Source of the DNA: an uncultured Nitrososphaeraceae archaeon
Lineage (GTDB): Archaea; Thermoproteota; Nitrososphaeria; Nitrososphaerales; Nitrososphaeraceae
Length of the DNA stretch: 64,000 nt
Assembly (NCBI GenBank): GCA_963779615.1
Contig: CAVZZA010000005.1
Location: 448,001 to 512,000 of the forward strand
Direction: 5' to 3'
The first letter of the stretch is position 1; every line of letters starts with the position of its first letter. The notes below the pieces were generated by a model. That model did no database searches, was not told the DNA's origin, and saw only the letters and a list, made by a program, of their open reading frames with translations. A program made the position numbers and the translations under genes. Shown piece by piece: positions 29,875 to 40,558 of the stretch.

Positions 29875-30951
29875 TTGAAATCAAAAACAATGAGTAAAAC
29901 AGATGCATTAATATCAAAGGCGGCAGAAGGAGCGGCGGCGGCGTCGGCAGTGGAGGGATATGAGGCATTGTGGCAAGAAGGAGAAGGAGAGGAAGAGAAA
30001 AAAGGAGAGGAATGGGAGAAGGAGGAGAAGGGACAAATGGAAAAAGTCAACCAGGATAATTCAAATGACAAATATAAAAAATTAATTGAGTGGTTTCAAG
30101 TTAAAAATGGCAAGGTGTTGGTTGCATTATCCGGTGGGGTGGATAGTGCGGTTGTTGCCCTTGTTGCAAAAAATGCTTTGGGTGAGAAAAACGTTTTAGC
30201 CGTTACTGCGAATTACCAGACCCTGTCACGGGAAGAACTGGACACCGCCATAAAAGTAGCCAACGAGCTTGAAATCAAACATAACATAATAGAGTACAAT
30301 GAGATGGATAACCCTGAGTTTAAAAAAAACGATAGTTCAAGGTGTTTTCATTGCAGAAATGAGTTGGCAGACAATTTGATAAAGGTGGCTAGCAAAGAGG
30401 ATTTTAAGTTAATAGTTGATGGAAGCAATACCGATGACCTAAATGACTACAGACCCGGAATGGTAGCGCTGCATCAAAAAGGAATCAAAAGCCCATTGAT
30501 AGAAACAGGCTTTAATAAAAAAAACATACGGACGATAGCAGAGGTTAACAAACTTTCAGTGTATGATAAACCCTCCAACGCCTGCCTTGCTTCGAGAATT
30601 TCAAAGAATATAGAGATAACTCCTTTAAGGTTAAAAAGAATTGAAATTTGCGAATCAATGGTCAAAGAGATTTTCAAGGTTAAACAGGTTCGGGTAAGGG
30701 ACCATGGTCAAGGTCTAGCCAGAATAGAAGTGGAAAAAGAAGAGATGGAGAATTTGTTCGATATTGACAGGTTAGGCAAAATAGAACTGGCTTTTAAGGA
30801 AAATGGCTTTATATATGTTACCATAGACATAGGGGGCTATAAAAAAAGCGGGTTGGGCGCACCCGATAAAGCGGGAGTGGCGGCAGCAGCTGTAGACATT
30901 TCATTTAAAAAAGACGACAGAACCAACCACAATGACAAACAACCAAAGTAA
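29875..30951 (+). CDS. larE: ATP-dependent sulfur insertase LarE (CxxC...C type)
   Basis: ALSGGVDS PP-loop, RCFHC, DDLNDYRPG, SNACLASR and VRVRDH motifs. Start is uncertain (29875, 29890 or 30037) because the N-terminus is low-complexity. Confidence 0.93.
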   Translation: MKSKTMSKTDALISKAAEGAAAASAVEGYEALWQEGEGEEEKKGEEWEKEEKGQMEKVNQDNSNDKYKKLIEWFQVKNGKVLVALSGGVDSAVVALVAKNALGEKNVLAVTANYQTLSREELDTAIKVANELEIKHNIIEYNEMDNPEFKKNDSSRCFHCRNELADNLIKVASKEDFKLIVDGSNTDDLNDYRPGMVALHQKGIKSPLIETGFNKKNIRTIAEVNKLSVYDKPSNACLASRISKNIEITPLRLKRIEICESMVKEIFKVKQVRVRDHGQGLARIEVEKEEMENLFDIDRLGKIELAFKENGFIYVTIDIGGYKKSGLGAPDKAGVAAAAVDISFKKDDRTNHNDKQPK

Positions 30952-32164
30952 AAACAGTTTTATTTATTTAGACAATGCAGCCTCAACACCGATAGACAGG
31001 CAGGTAATTGATGAAATGCTACCTTTTATGGAAAACAACTATGGCAACCCGTCATCACTTCACAAGTTAGGCAGATATTCAAGACAGGGTATACTAAACT
31101 CTCGTTCAAGAATTGCCAAAACGGTAGGGGCCAGTATCAATGAAATCTACTTCACCTCCGGAGGAACCGAATCAAACAACCTCGCAATTGTCGGCACCGC
31201 AAAAATAATCAATAAAACTAACCCATCCAGCAGCCAAATACTAGTATCCGAAATAGAGCATGATTCAATATTAGAAACAGCAAAAATTATAGAACGGGAG
31301 ATGAAGTTTGAGGTGAATTCTATACCCGTGAACAAAGACGGCATTATCAATGAAGAAAGGTTCAAGGAAATGATTTCAACAAAAACAGGGCTTGTTAGTG
31401 TTATGCTAGTCAATAATGAAATAGGAACGATTCAGCCCATCAAAAAACTGGCAGATATTGCAAAGAATAAAAACAGCAACACAGTTTTTCACACAGATGC
31501 AGTACAGGCACTGGGCAAAATCCCAATAAATGTCAAGGACCTGAACATAGACTTGTTGTCAGCGTCATCACACAAGATTAACGGGCCAAAAGGTGCAGGA
31601 GCTTTATACATAAAAACGGGACTAAACCCCGAGCCCATATTGTTTGGAGGTGGGCAGGAAAGAAAATTAAGGTCCGGCACAGAGAACGTACAGTCAATAG
31701 TGGGCTTTGGGAAAGCCTGTGAAATATCCAACCAAAAACTATTGTCAAACCAAAGTGAAAGGTTAAGGGAGGTTCAAAAATATGCAATAGACAAGATAAC
31801 CAAAGAAATACCATTTTCCAGGTTAAACGGATCAAAAAAAGAAAGAATACCCCATAACATCAATCTTTCATTTTTGGGCGTAAATGGGGAGGATTTACTG
31901 ATAAAACTGGACGAAAACGAAATAGCGTGTTCCACAGGTTCAGCCTGTTCGGCTAACAAAAAACAAAAAGCCTCACACGTCCTAAAGGCACTAGGGATAT
32001 CTCATCAAGAGGTAACGGGCTCGATAAGGTTTTCAATGGGGCACCAAAACACAAGAGAAGAGATGGAAACCACAATAACAAGGTTAAAGGAAATAATTGC
32101 AGAGCTAAGGGTTTTGAGTGAATTTGATTTTGACGTTAAAAAAAGGGTCAGGATCAGAGAATGA
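30932..32164 (+). CDS. iscS: Cysteine desulfurase, group I (IscS/NifS)
   Basis: YLDNAAST, GGTESNN, HTDAVQ, SSHKINGPKG and STGSACS motifs; overlaps larE by 20 nt. Confidence 0.94.
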   Translation: MTNNQSKNSFIYLDNAASTPIDRQVIDEMLPFMENNYGNPSSLHKLGRYSRQGILNSRSRIAKTVGASINEIYFTSGGTESNNLAIVGTAKIINKTNPSSSQILVSEIEHDSILETAKIIEREMKFEVNSIPVNKDGIINEERFKEMISTKTGLVSVMLVNNEIGTIQPIKKLADIAKNKNSNTVFHTDAVQALGKIPINVKDLNIDLLSASSHKINGPKGAGALYIKTGLNPEPILFGGGQERKLRSGTENVQSIVGFGKACEISNQKLLSNQSERLREVQKYAIDKITKEIPFSRLNGSKKERIPHNINLSFLGVNGEDLLIKLDENEIACSTGSACSANKKQKASHVLKALGISHQEVTGSIRFSMGHQNTREEMETTITRLKEIIAELRVLSEFDFDVKKRVRIRE

Positions 32165-32635
32165 CTGATGCCGTTACAAAAGTTATTTTTGGATTTACCA
32201 TAATTGTTGACAATAAAACGATTATCCCAAACAATAAAGTCAATATTTTTAACATATGTTCATGAAACAATTACCATTGTATTTAAGCGATTGGAATTTA
32301 ACTATTTTGAGTTGACTGAAGAAAATTTCTTCTTATAAAACTTTTCAATATGTTCCATCTCGGGAATAAGAACTTCAACCACAATAAATAATGCATCATA
32401 AGGAAAATAGTTCCCACATACTCAATGGATTCAAATATTGGATTTCATATTAAATCCCTGTGAATATCTTCATGGTTTCCACCATACTCGATATCTATTT
32501 TAGTAACGATTTAGTGAGTGTCATAAATAATATTTTCCAATATTCCTTTGTATCATTGCACATATCACCTAGTTTGTTTCTTGTTGAAAATGGATCATAA
32601 AAAAAGTAAAAAACTTGATGAATTATATAGATGAA

Positions 32636-33658
32636 CTATTTTTCTTTAACGCCTTCAATAACTCCAATGATTTTAGAGTTGGGATAATGGGTTTTATCAT
32701 ATCCCCATCCAGACTGGTTTAAAATTGATTCATATTCTTCACTTGTTCTTTCTCTTCCAGATGTAGCACACATCATATGTATATCAAATAGTTTGGAAAA
32801 ATGTGGTGTCTCCGGATTTGGTACAATATGTTCAATAATAAATACTTTAGATTTGTCAGATGCAGATTTATGAATGTTTGAAAGTATTTTTATACATTCC
32901 TCATCATTCCAATCATGAAGAATCATTTTCATTATATATAGATCAGCAGAGGGGACTTGTTCAAACATGTCTCCTTTGACATATTTACAACGATCCTGCA
33001 AGCCCATCTTATTATGCCATGATGAATCATGGTTGTTGACTACAGGATCCAATTCCAATATTGTTCCATCGAGATGATCATATTTTGATAGCAAATGACT
33101 TAAAAGATGTCCTTGTCCACCACCAATATCACAAATATAAGATATATTCGAAAAACCGTATCCATTTAATGCTTCTAGTACCATGGCAGTATGCATTGCT
33201 GAATAGCTGCTCATTGCCTCATTGAAAACTTTAGAATATCCTGCATTTTTAAATGCATATTCAAATAGGCTATTGCCATATTCTGAAAGAAAGGCATTTT
33301 GTTGACCATCTTTAATCATTCTTGGTAAATGCTTCCATATTTGATAATGCTCTGGTCCTTCTTCCAGCAGCAAAACCCCTTGTAGTGATTGTGGATGATC
33401 TTTTCTTAACAGATCTCCTAAAGTGGTGATTGAGAATCTGCGGCCGTCCTCCTCTTCTTTTAAAAAACCTAAAGAGGCGATTGATCTTAGAATGCGATAC
33501 GCCATTGTTTCATCCAGATTCAAATCTTTTGCAATTTGACCTGTTTCCTCAGGGTTTGTTGTTAGATAATCAAATATCCCTAATTTGGCCCCTGTATACA
33601 GTATTTGACTTTTCCATCTGCCAAGAATTGTATCCGTGGCTTTATCAAATTCAGACAT
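32636..33658 (-). CDS. Class I O-methyltransferase (dimerisation domain plus Methyltransf_2)
   Basis: AKLGIFD, DIGGGQG, GDMF, ILHDWND and GRERT motifs. Confidence 0.92.
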   Translation of the reverse strand: MSEFDKATDTILGRWKSQILYTGAKLGIFDYLTTNPEETGQIAKDLNLDETMAYRILRSIASLGFLKEEEDGRRFSITTLGDLLRKDHPQSLQGVLLLEEGPEHYQIWKHLPRMIKDGQQNAFLSEYGNSLFEYAFKNAGYSKVFNEAMSSYSAMHTAMVLEALNGYGFSNISYICDIGGGQGHLLSHLLSKYDHLDGTILELDPVVNNHDSSWHNKMGLQDRCKYVKGDMFEQVPSADLYIMKMILHDWNDEECIKILSNIHKSASDKSKVFIIEHIVPNPETPHFSKLFDIHMMCATSGRERTSEEYESILNQSGWGYDKTHYPNSKIIGVIEGVKEK

Positions 33659-33993
33659 ATGATCATTCTGTCATTCTTTTTATTATCTGTTAATATGAAA
33701 AGATTAAGTTCCTGTATACTGTATTGTTGCTCTCCTCTGTCATTTTTTCATTCTTAGGCGATCTGTTGCATAACTGATCATTCTTTATTTTTTTATCTTC
33801 ATATTTTTAAAATGGATGAAACCCTTAACTAAACTCATGTAGATTTCCAAACGATTTCCACCACATTCGCTACCAATTTAAGTAACGATATTGTTACAGA
33901 TTGTGTAACAAGTCTAAGTTAACTAGGAATCATATTTTGTTTTTAAAATGCCTATTATATACACATCGTTATGAAATAAATGAGGTAGTTAAA

Positions 33994-34952
33994 ATGAGAG
34001 TATTAGTAACGGGGGCAACAGGATTTATCGGAAGCAATTTAGTTTCAAGATTAGAGTCTACAACAAAGACTTGGACCTACAAGCTATCACAAGAAGTGCT
34101 GACAAATTAAAGAAGAAAATCGGAGATTTGAGTATAGAGATTATTGAGGCTGATGTGATGGACTATTCAAGTCTAACGAAAGCCCTCAAGGGCTGTGATG
34201 TGGCATATTATCTTATTCACTCTATGGAAGGCTCGTCTACAAAGGAATGGAAAAAATTTGCTGAAAGAGACAGGAAAGCGGCTGAAAATTTTTCAAAGGC
34301 GGCCACAGAATGTAAAGTGGATAGAATTATTTATTTAGGCGGCCTAATTCACGCGAATGAAGGATTAAGCAGCAATAACAAAAGTAGCAACATATCAGAA
34401 CATATGAAAAGCAGACTTGAAGTAGGTAAGATACTTTCAACATCATCCGCAAAAGTTACAATTTTCAGAGCCGCTGTTATACTAGGAACTGGAGGAGCTT
34501 CCTATAAGATGTTAAGTTACTTGGTTGAGAGACTATGGATTATGGTTTGTCCAAAATGGGTTTTAACAAAATGCCAACCAATCGCACTAGATGATGTAAT
34601 CACGTATTTGGCTAAAGCGTTAGAGGTAGAAGAAACAAAAGGAAAGACTTTTGATGTTGGAGGTCCAGACACCCTAAATTATAAAGAAATGATGGTACAA
34701 TATTCTAAGATAATCAACAAAAAGTTCTTGAAAATAATTATAATTCCTTTTCTCACTCCGAGACTTTCATCATATTGGGTAGAACTCATTACACCGGTAA
34801 AAGCATCACTGGCAAGACCATTAAATGAAAGTCTCAAATTTAAATCAGTAGTCAAGGATAATCAAATAATAAAACTCATCCCAATTCAGTTGAAGAACTT
34901 TAAGGAAGCAATCATTATGGCTCGAAAGCAAAATGAAGAAAAACCAAAGTAG
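33994..34952 (+). pseudogene. NAD(P)-binding atypical SDR (YbjT-like), frameshifted near 34060-34070
   Basis: MRVLVTGATGFIG starts at ATG 33994 in one frame; the rest (AITRS..AYYLIHSM..IIYLGGL..QPIALDDV) lies in another frame. Confidence 0.8.
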
Positions 34953-35117
34953 CTTTGTAATTGATATAGAATTTGTGAAAGGTTGAGAAAATCCAAGCAA
35001 CTGCATATTTGATTGAACGTAATGCTCTTAATCGACTACCAAAGCATATTTCGTTGGAACCAAGGATTAAGAAAAGGAATGAGAGCCATTTGCATGTTTA
35101 TTACCTTGGTAGGACAT

Positions 35118-35525
35118 TCAGGATATCTCTTCCAACTTACTAAAATCCCCAAAAGTAACTATTGAACTTGGACTTATAAGTTCCATAAATTCCTTATACA
35201 TTTCATCCCCACTTTTATCACCCTCCATTGACTTCATAAACTCCTCTACATGTTTGGCATCCCTATAGGATTGTATTTCCAACCAGACGTCCTCGTCATC
35301 ATTAGCAGAAACGGTTCTTGATACGTTTACAAAGTCCATTATGTTCTCTCTAGCATTTAAGTTAAAGACTTCAAATTTTGATATACCGTGTTTCATAAAA
35401 AAATCATGAGAATGCTTGTTAATCCTTACTAAAGCATCATGATTTTTCTTTGGGGCACGGTAGAGAAAAATGGCTGCATGGCCACTAGATCCTTTTTGGT
35501 TTGTAATACTACCCGTATTGCTCAT
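35118..35525 (-). CDS. DUF1428-like dimeric alpha/beta barrel protein
   Basis: FLYRAPKKNHDA and VWLEIQSYRDAKH patterns of the thaumarchaeal DUF1428 family. Confidence 0.72.
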   Translation of the reverse strand: MSNTGSITNQKGSSGHAAIFLYRAPKKNHDALVRINKHSHDFFMKHGISKFEVFNLNARENIMDFVNVSRTVSANDDEDVWLEIQSYRDAKHVEEFMKSMEGDKSGDEMYKEFMELISPSSIVTFGDFSKLEEIS

Positions 35526-35721
35526 GCAGGATGGTCTAAAAGGGATACTATAAAAATGATCAAGGGATCAAAAGTATACGAGTAATCGATGAATTATTGA
35601 TTAAGTCAATTGTAATATTGGTTTTTTATTCGTTCTGTAGTAATGCTGTTGAGGATGGCCTTGCATAATAAACAATTTTGGTCCTTTATTCATTTTGGCT
35701 GAATTGTTCTCCTCCTTAAAA

Positions 35722-35965
35722 AAACCTTTCAAGTACTATTGCTATCCATTTCAATCAGTAATATCTATTGCCATGTACCTAACATCATTTGACCTTCTGT
35801 AAATGGGATAGTTAAGATTGGCCCAATCATGGATGAGCTTATGTGTGTGTACGTTTCCATCATGCCAAGTATCACATGTTCACATTCAATATCCTTTGGT
35901 GCTGCCCTAGATAACATCTTTGGACAGCCTTCCCTCCGTCCTGGTTCATACTCTATGGGCGTATT
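35722..35965 (-). pseudogene. YjbQ/UPF0047 remnant
   Basis: IEYEPG, AP.DIE.EH, SMIGP.LTIPF.EG.MMLGTWQ*ILLIEMD; internal stop and missing N-terminus. Confidence 0.75.
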
Positions 35966-36636
35966 ATCCTTCAATTAATACGGTTCTGTTAACTTGATGA
36001 GGATGAATAAAACAAACCGACTTTACAAATTATTGTTATGATTTTAATTTGAAATTGATAAACAAGCCCAAGGCTATTACCTTTAAATTGAGTCCTGAAA
36101 TCTTTACTAGAATGCAGATTTTTACACATATTCAGAAAGGCTCTATTTGGGATGGAGAATGAAAGACAGCTCATAAAATAAAAGGTATCAAAACCCGATG
36201 AATAAATCCATCAAATTAAAAACTTACAATGAAAATAGGAGAAGTTTTAGTCGAATTAATAACATTTATTCAAGTCTCATAATTGCAGACTCGCTACCTT
36301 CTTTCAAAAAGAAGAGCCACACGCCTGAAAAATCAAATAAAAAATTGTTTGCCATATCAATAATATGGGAATATGGTAATGTGAATACCCCAATAGATGA
36401 ACCCCCATAAAATGTAGAGCCGTGGGTTAATTACGGCAATTCTCATCATAGTCGTAATACCCAACCAATGGCTTTGTTAATGATAATAAAAAGGAACCTG
36501 GATTTAGTATTATTTGGATTCAATGAAAACCTAAAAATTGTGTTAAAAATTGTTGATTGAACAAAATAAAAAGTGTCTTAACCCATCTTAAACACAACAG
36601 AAAGACTTTATTTGTTTTAATGTTTATCACATAACA

Positions 36637-37149
36637 ATGTCATCACCTTCAGAAACCAACAGCAACAATAACAATAATAACGGCAAGGTAAAAACAGGGG
36701 ACGCCGCTCCGGATTTTGAATTATTGGACACAAACCAGGAATTTCACAAACTGTCAAGCTATAAAGATAATCAGACCATTTTGGCATTTTTTCCAGCGGC
36801 AGGCTCTCCAGTTTGTACCACCGAAATGTGCAACTTTAGGGACTCTTTAAACGGTTTGCAGGACAAGAACACAAGGATTTTGGGAATATCTGTAGACAGT
36901 CCCTTTGCAAACAAAGTTTTCGCAGAGCATCATCACCTTAGTTTTCCCATACTAAGTGATTACAACAGAGAAACCATAGAAAAATACGATGTGGTAATGC
37001 CAAGTTTGGGAAAACTAAAAGACTACAAGGTGGCAAAGAGGTCAATATTCATAGTAGACAACAATCAAAAAATAAAATACAAGTGGGTATCAGACAATCC
37101 ACTCTTAGAACCTAACTACGAAGAAATTAGAAAAGCCATTGAAACTTAA
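36637..37149 (+). CDS. Peroxiredoxin (BCP/AhpE-like)
   Basis: APDFEL, FFPAAGSPVCTTEMC, ISVDSPF and KRSIFIVD motifs. Confidence 0.92.
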   Translation: MSSPSETNSNNNNNNGKVKTGDAAPDFELLDTNQEFHKLSSYKDNQTILAFFPAAGSPVCTTEMCNFRDSLNGLQDKNTRILGISVDSPFANKVFAEHHHLSFPILSDYNRETIEKYDVVMPSLGKLKDYKVAKRSIFIVDNNQKIKYKWVSDNPLLEPNYEEIRKAIET

Positions 37150-37735
37150 AAATAAGCGTACCAATAAAAAAAAGACAGGGAAATATTTCACCTAAACGGG
37201 ACAACACTTTCCTTTCCCATTTTTTTATAATTTTATTTTGTAGTGCTCACATGAAAAAATCAAGACACGGCTAGTCCGAGATTGATTTATCATTTTGGAT
37301 AATATCATGTGTCTAATTTGATTGACAGAAAAATCTATTCTTTTTGTCTTCTATCTCATTATAATATAACAATTATTAATTTTGTATATATACCATCTTT
37401 TATAAATTATTTGTAGAGTACATCAAGAAAAAACAATATTCTTTTGTTTTATATCATCATTATTGAAAATTTTACAATATCAATAAAAGTAATAGAGCAT
37501 ATGAAATCATGTTTCACAAAGGTTATATAGAAAGAATGTATAAAATTGTCAATGTATCACAATTCCATCTTCATTTTCATCTATTGCGGCGTGATTACGC
37601 CGTTTGAGGTGATATAGTTGGATAGCATACAGGACAAGAAAAAAGACAATGCAGTGTGCAATGCGATTTTTTTATCAGGAAAAAGACATGGCCATATAAT
37701 GACAAATCCCAATAGAGGGGAGTGTATGCACACAA

Positions 37736-38968
37736 ATGGGTATTACAGGTAAAGATTTTTCGGTTTATACGGATGAAGATACCAAAAGGCAAAACGCCCA
37801 GGTTTTAAAGGTAGAAAACACTAAGATTAACGAAGAACAAGTAACTTTCATTAATTATACCCACAGGTACTGTGTATGCTTTATTGACATAGTCGATTCT
37901 ACCAAAACTGCCAGCAAGATAGAAGGGTCGGAGAAGATAAGAGAGTTCTACTCCATATTCCTAAACACAATGGCCTCGATAATTAAAACCCATAATGGAA
38001 AGGTAATCAAGAATGCAGGGGATTGTTTGATTTACTATTTTCCCAAAACGGTAGACGGCTCAAATCAATTGGCCTTTAAGGATGTAATTGACTGCGGCGT
38101 GGCAATGATTGACGCAAACCCCATCATAAATTCAAGGCTAAACAAAGACGATCTGCCATCCATCAGCTATAGAATCAGTGGAAACTATGGAATTATGGAA
38201 CTTGCCATGTCACTAAATTCTAATAACGTTGATTTGTTTGGCCCCGCACTAAATGTTTGCTCAAAGATAAACCATTTGGCCCCACCTAACGGGATGGTTA
38301 TTTACAAGGATCTTTATGACATTCTAAAAGAAAATTTAGAAAATGAAGAATATCTCTTTAAAGAAATACAATGTAACAATGACGAGGAGTATAGAAAATA
38401 TTCAGATTTGGTATATTCGGTGCATCGCATTGAAAATCCTACAGAAAACACAAATGATGGCAGTGACAGCGAAACACAAAAGCGCAACACCCATCATCAA
38501 CTGTTACTGCAACAGCAAAATCAACAACAGCAAAATCAACAACAGCAACATCCACAGCAACGGCAACAAAAAAATAAACTAAATCAAGCCAATTCTTCCT
38601 ACAACATCTTACTGATAGATGATGATGCAGATATTCTTTTTACCTTCAGTGCTGTTATCGAGGGTGAAGGCTATCATTTAAAATCATTCAACAACCCCTA
38701 TGAGGCGCTTAATCATTTTTCCCAGGTGGACCCTTACTACTATGACCTCGTAATAACGGACATACGCATGCCAGGAATGAACGGCATTCAGCTTTATTCA
38801 AAACTCAAGGTCATGAACCCAGAAATTAAGGTGCTTTTCTTATCCGCTCTGGATGCGGTGGAGGAATTGTTGAGCATATTCCCCGATATAAAAGTCAGCG
38901 AGATTTTCAGAAAACCAGTTGAACCCCGAGAACTCATTTCAAAGGCATCTGCAATTTTAAAATTATGA
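37736..38968 (+). CDS. Class III nucleotidyl cyclase - polyQ linker - response regulator receiver fusion
   Basis: Cyclase motifs FIDIVDST, KNAGD and DLFGPALNVCSKI. Receiver motifs LLIDDD, TDIRMPGMNG, LSA and KP. Confidence 0.88.
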   Translation: MGITGKDFSVYTDEDTKRQNAQVLKVENTKINEEQVTFINYTHRYCVCFIDIVDSTKTASKIEGSEKIREFYSIFLNTMASIIKTHNGKVIKNAGDCLIYYFPKTVDGSNQLAFKDVIDCGVAMIDANPIINSRLNKDDLPSISYRISGNYGIMELAMSLNSNNVDLFGPALNVCSKINHLAPPNGMVIYKDLYDILKENLENEEYLFKEIQCNNDEEYRKYSDLVYSVHRIENPTENTNDGSDSETQKRNTHHQLLLQQQNQQQQNQQQQHPQQRQQKNKLNQANSSYNILLIDDDADILFTFSAVIEGEGYHLKSFNNPYEALNHFSQVDPYYYDLVITDIRMPGMNGIQLYSKLKVMNPEIKVLFLSALDAVEELLSIFPDIKVSEIFRKPVEPRELISKASAILKL

Positions 38969-39753
38969 AATAACAGCAACAACAATTAATCTAATGCGTC
39001 CTAAACCAGATTTTTTTATTACATTTTTAACACAGGTTTTCTGAAATAGGCTTTTCCATTCTCTCAGCACACCGCTGTTGCTGTATTTATAGGATTGTTT
39101 TTTCGCCTTTCTACACCTGATGTCAACTCATGAGAAAGCGGTGACAGTGATGGCGAGGTGGTAAAACAATACACAATATGCAGGTAATGTAAACGAGACT
39201 GTGTTTTAGCTTTTTTCACAAAAACACAGCAGAGAAAATTGATATGGAGATATTTGATATACGCCCATTAGAATGGGTCATTAACTGTACGTCATGTTTA
39301 GACCCAAAACCAAAACATGTAGCTCTTCTTTGGTTATCCTACCGCTCTAAATTCCCACGGGTGTTTTGTTCAAGATAGTGTATGGTTTTTTGGGTTGAAG
39401 CCAGACCTTTTATGCCTTCCCTCCTTATCCTTTTGCCATTATCCGCAGTTGACGTTTGCTTCTATCAATCATGTCAGCAGATGCTTTCTGTCTGGTTACT
39501 GGTGACTAATAGATCTGTCTGCTACGCGATGTCCTTCCTAGCATTTTGTTCAGGATTAATGGTCATATGCCATTGTTCTGTTATCCCGCCTTGTACAATA
39601 ATTATTTGTTCTCACTTTGTTTATTGTGCAGGATATGCATCACACGCAACTTAGCTTAAAGTTGAAAAACTGTGATAGAAAGATCATCGTATATGTGTCC
39701 ATATAGAGAATATGGAAAAAGTATATTAGCAATGATGACGATATAGGTTTGCC

Positions 39754-40005
39754 ATGCCTTATAGATTTGCTATGCCCTTACAGATAGATAAGGGAACATA
39801 TATGGAAAAATTAGAAAGATTAAAGGATAACTTGGATTGGTTTAATGAAAATCATAAACACTTTAAAAAATATTATAGGAATCAATTTGTTGCAATTAAG
39901 GACAAGAGCTTTTTGGATAAGGACACTGAACTTGATGGACTGGTAAAAAGACTGGACATAAAAGACATTGATGATTCGATTGCGATAGAGTTTGTATATG
40001 GTTAG
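39754..40005 (+). CDS. Small DUF5678-like hypothetical protein
   Basis: WFNEN...KYYRNQFVAIKD...D.D.ELD.L...IEFV pattern. The start may be ATG 39772 or 39802. Confidence 0.65.
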   Translation: MPYRFAMPLQIDKGTYMEKLERLKDNLDWFNENHKHFKKYYRNQFVAIKDKSFLDKDTELDGLVKRLDIKDIDDSIAIEFVYG

Positions 40006-40474
40006 TATGCCAATCAGTATATATCCAAGCCACACTATCTCATCTATTTTTTTAACGTGCTAGTGGATAGGTTAGTTCCTGGTCATATTTTATGGGATTT
40101 TTTAATATGGAAATGCATTGTTTATCCTGAAATTTCCTATTTTGAGTGCTCTTTAATTGCAGAGTTATCCAGATAAAGAAAACTATAGTGAATTTAACAT
40201 TAAAATAAGTTTTAATCTTTATAAATTAGAAATTGACAAGCTTTGGTTATTCTGAAATTATCTTAATACATGATTCAAAATTGATCAGGGTTTAATTCCT
40301 TGTGGCAAATGGGTTCCAATATTTTAGAAATAACAGATTGTGAATGATCATAGATCTGTTTCATCAATTATGCAAGCATGATCCACTCCCATACGCAAAG
40401 CAACTGACACACATAATCTCAAAAAAAAGTCATGCAGATCAAACGCTCCATCGCGACTGGATGTATGTCACACG

Positions 40475-40503
40475 CCATCACCATCACCATCACCATCATC
40501 ACC
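40475..40503. repeat. (CACCAT)n microsatellite
   Basis: ccatcaccatcaccatcaccatcatcacc downstream of hemD. Confidence 0.7.
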
Positions 40504-40558
40504 TGATTCTTGCCTTCCTTCCATGCTCTAACAGTTGCAGTTTTTTGCCCTAAAGGAA

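Noticed and set aside
40344-40553. ORF with a His9 run (His-tag or metal-binding peptide)
   Set aside because: The His run comes from a CACCAT microsatellite and the rest of the ORF looks non-coding. There are no vector sequences.
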